Virus record (IMG/VR): IMGVR_UViG_2595698945_000001
Origin: a virus
Lineage: Duplodnaviria; Heunggongvirae; Uroviricota; Caudoviricetes
Length of the DNA: 14,937 bases
Direction: 5' to 3' (one strand)
The notes under the pieces were generated by a model. The model had not been told where the DNA came from, made no database searches, and saw nothing but the letters and a program-made list of their open reading frames with translations. This document shows, one piece after another, positions 12,822-14,937 of the stretch (position 1 is the first letter of the stretch; each line of letters starts with the position of its first letter). A program made the position numbers and the translations under genes.

Positions 12822-13456
12822 GCAAATACACCATCAACGTATCGTTTCAGACCCGCGTGAACAAAACCACGCGCACGCTGGAGATTGCCGAATCGTTCGG
12901 TCTTGGTCTGGACGAAAAAGAGTGGACGCTTTACGACAATCTGGAGCTGGAAGTGAAGCAGGGCGATGTGGTGTACATCACCGGCCAATCCGGTTCCGGT
13001 AAATCCGTTGTGCTGCGCGAGCTGCAACGCCAGATGAAGGATGAAGGGCTTTCTGTAGCCTCCATCGATGACTTTGCCTTCGACAATGAGGTTAACGTCA
13101 TTGACCAGCTGGGCAAAACCACCAGCGAAGCGCTGGGGCTGCTGTCTATGGCCGGATTGAATGACGCCTATCTCTTTGTGCGTAAGCCATCCGAGATGTC
13201 TGACGGCCAGAAATACCGTCTCAAGATCGCCAAGCTGATCGAGTCCGGCGCGAAAGTCTGGGCTGCCGACGAATTTGGCGCTGTTCTCGACCGTGTAACC
13301 GCCCAGGTTGTGGCGTCGAACCTCCAGCGTGCCGCCCGTAAGGTTGGTGCGACGGTAATGGTAGCCACGACCCACGAAGACCTGAAGAACGCGCTGCGCC
13401 CGGATATGCAGATCACCAAGCACTACAAAGAACGGGTGAAGGTGGAATATGCCTGA
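12818..13456 (+). CDS. Stand-alone ABC-family ATPase, no membrane partner (212 aa)
   Basis: Walker A GQSGSGKS, signature-like MSDGQ, Walker B WAADEF, H-switch ATTHE; ATGA overlap with the previous gene. Confidence 0.92.
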   Translation: MSKYTINVSFQTRVNKTTRTLEIAESFGLGLDEKEWTLYDNLELEVKQGDVVYITGQSGSGKSVVLRELQRQMKDEGLSVASIDDFAFDNEVNVIDQLGKTTSEALGLLSMAGLNDAYLFVRKPSEMSDGQKYRLKIAKLIESGAKVWAADEFGAVLDRVTAQVVASNLQRAARKVGATVMVATTHEDLKNALRPDMQITKHYKERVKVEYA

Positions 13457-13703
13457 TTTGAAGATCGTAGAGCTGAAGCCATCGAAAGAGGCTGACAACA
13501 ACAACGTTGAAGTCATCCGCCTTATGGAAGAAGCACTCCAGTACGCCAGAGAAGGCAAAAGCCAGAGCCTGGCGCTGCTGATGATCAACAACGACGGCAG
13601 TGTTCTGGATTGCTGGCATAACGGTGGGCGTCCATACGTCATGGTTGGGGCGATGGAATCGCTTCGCCTGGACTTCATCAATGCCAATATCGAGCGCAGG
13701 TGA
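13449..13703 (+). CDS. Small hypothetical phage protein (84 aa)
   Basis: Overlaps the upstream stop (ATGCCTGA) and the downstream start (GTGA); GGTGG RBS. Confidence 0.8.
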   Translation: MPDLKIVELKPSKEADNNNVEVIRLMEEALQYAREGKSQSLALLMINNDGSVLDCWHNGGRPYVMVGAMESLRLDFINANIERR

Positions 13704-14599
13704 TCGACATGACGGACATCATTATCAAACGCTACCGCCAGGAAGAGTTCCCGCGTCATCTGGACTTTCTGGAGCGTATGACCGTTACCAAAGGCACGGT
13801 TGAAGACTGGCACGCGCTGAAGTCGCTGCACTACAAGACGGATGGTAAGCCGTTCGCGCCAACGTATTATCGCTGCGAACTGGACGACCGGCTGGTGGGC
13901 GTCGTGGTTATGGCTTACCCGAAACTGCTGCTGGCGCCTCGCCATCGCATGTTTCCTAAGCTGAAGCCAACCACCAATACCACCGTGGCCAACCAGTATT
14001 GGGGCCGGTACGTGAACAACAACTTTGCGGTGATCAGCCGTTCCGTTGTTGACACTCAGTACCGCGGTGTCGGCGTCTCCTATCGAATGATTAATCTGGT
14101 TAGCAGGATGCACGACCGGCCAATCATCGAGATCCAGTCGTCGATGAGCAAATACAACCCGTTCGCCATGAAAGCAGGGTTCCAGTTCATCCGTCCGGAG
14201 CGTCCGAAGAGCTATGAGAGTGCGTTGCGCGTCTTCCAGCGTCATTTCCGTTCTGACCCTGGCGACAACGAAGCGATCGTCAAAGAGCTGTTCGCTATGA
14301 GTGAGTCTCGCCGTCGTCGTGCGCTGCGCGATCTGGTCGCTGACTACCACAAGAACAGTTCCCTGGCCAAAGCCGGGCGTAATCGTGGCACGACGATTCA
14401 GGACATTGCCGACAGTCTGGTGGACGAGGCCAGCATCGTGAAGCTGCTCAAGGACATTCACAATCTGAGCTTCACGTCTCCGCTGTATGGCGTGTATCGA
14501 AACCCGGACTTTGGTCGTCAGCTGCCGGACACGCTGCCACTGCTGGCATTCGACAAACAGCCTTTGAATAAACCTCTTGAAATTGCATTACCGGCATAA
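13700..14599 (+). CDS. GNAT-fold acyltransferase, Mom-like (299 aa; alternative ATG 13709)
   Basis: Acyl-CoA-binding motif A ISRSVVDTQYRGVGVS, N-terminal LHY, strand LVGVVVMAYP, motif B-like PFAMKAGFQFI; extra helical C-terminal domain. Confidence 0.8.
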   Translation: MIDMTDIIIKRYRQEEFPRHLDFLERMTVTKGTVEDWHALKSLHYKTDGKPFAPTYYRCELDDRLVGVVVMAYPKLLLAPRHRMFPKLKPTTNTTVANQYWGRYVNNNFAVISRSVVDTQYRGVGVSYRMINLVSRMHDRPIIEIQSSMSKYNPFAMKAGFQFIRPERPKSYESALRVFQRHFRSDPGDNEAIVKELFAMSESRRRRALRDLVADYHKNSSLAKAGRNRGTTIQDIADSLVDEASIVKLLKDIHNLSFTSPLYGVYRNPDFGRQLPDTLPLLAFDKQPLNKPLEIALPA

Positions 14600-14608
14600 G
14601 GATTTGCC

Positions 14609-14875
14609 ATGACGTTGACCGACAAACAAAAAGACATCATCAAAACCATCAATTTAGGCCATGAGCGTGGGCATCTGCTCGATCTGGACGAGCTGCTTGA
14701 AGTGCTGCCGTACAAAACGACCAAACAGAGTATGCAGTTCTCTATCCGCGCACTGGTGAAAAAAGGGCTGGTGGAGAAAGGAATGTGTCGCCAGCGCGGT
14801 GATTCCGGCTACCACCGTCGCACGCTGGGACTGACCACGTTAGGTCGTGCCAGAGCCAAATTACTGGTGATGTAA
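14609..14875 (+). CDS. Winged-helix DNA-binding protein (88 aa)
   Basis: AAGGA overlaps the upstream stop. LTDKQKDII...LDLDELLE...SMQFSIRALVKKGLVEK...LTTLG follows the wHTH (MarR/BlaI/LexA-N-like) pattern. Confidence 0.8.
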   Translation: MTLTDKQKDIIKTINLGHERGHLLDLDELLEVLPYKTTKQSMQFSIRALVKKGLVEKGMCRQRGDSGYHRRTLGLTTLGRARAKLLVM

Positions 14876-14937
14876 GTCGGTCTGGGAGCCAGTTTGAGAG
14901 CCTGCTTCCGTATATATAAATACTAAGTGACTTATTA

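Larger units (their letters stand above)
1..14937. mobile_element. Segment of a large enterobacterial phage-plasmid (SSU5/pHCM2-like, inferred)
   Basis: No housekeeping genes; phage-style small-gene cassettes; helicase divergent from ParB-ParB-ABC-GNAT, as I recall for SSU5/pHCM2/pMT1; Chi-rich. No rep, terminase or capsid gene in the window to confirm. Confidence 0.65.

Noticed and set aside
12818-13456. ABC transporter ATP-binding subunit
   Set aside because: No permease or binding protein nearby; the context is nucleic-acid-related, so it is called a stand-alone ATPase.
12449-14461. 670-aa minus-strand ORF and other antisense ORFs over the ParB-GNAT operon
   Set aside because: Fully overlaps motif-bearing, coupled plus-strand genes and has no motifs of its own; typical shadow ORF from codon bias.
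14908-14925. LexA-box-like TATATATA tract
   Set aside because: Lacks the CTG-N10-CAG ends (reads CCG...TAC); 4800-4815 also fails.

Overview
The window looks like part of a large enterobacterial phage-plasmid. The gene set (SF2 helicase divergent from two ParB/Srx-like genes, a stand-alone ABC ATPase and a GNAT) matches what I recall of the SSU5/pHCM2/pMT1 family; this is inferred, since no rep or virion genes are present. Left part (1-6672): small, mostly acidic hypothetical genes in short cassettes. Most cassettes start with the same promoter-operator module (a GATAAT/TATTAT -10 box, 13-14 bp, the palindrome AAACAAnTTGTTT, then the RBS) and end in an intrinsic terminator. This part also holds an AT-rich 399-aa gene and an orphan HigA-like HTH gene. 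Two long non-coding tracts (2020-3448 and 6673-7307) carry related repeats, a C-to-G strand-skew flip and nested hairpins. Middle (7308-11390, minus strand): an AT-rich gene pair, a tandem Sm/Hfq-like protein, a lipoprotein, an RHH protein and the helicase. Right (11473-14875, plus strand): a coupled operon ParB-like, ParB-like, ABC ATPase, 84-aa protein, Mom-like GNAT, wHTH, best read as a candidate DNA-modification system. At least 9 Chi sites occur. No rRNA, tRNA, CRISPR array or transposase was seen. All family calls are by-eye motif recognition and need HMM or structure confirmation.
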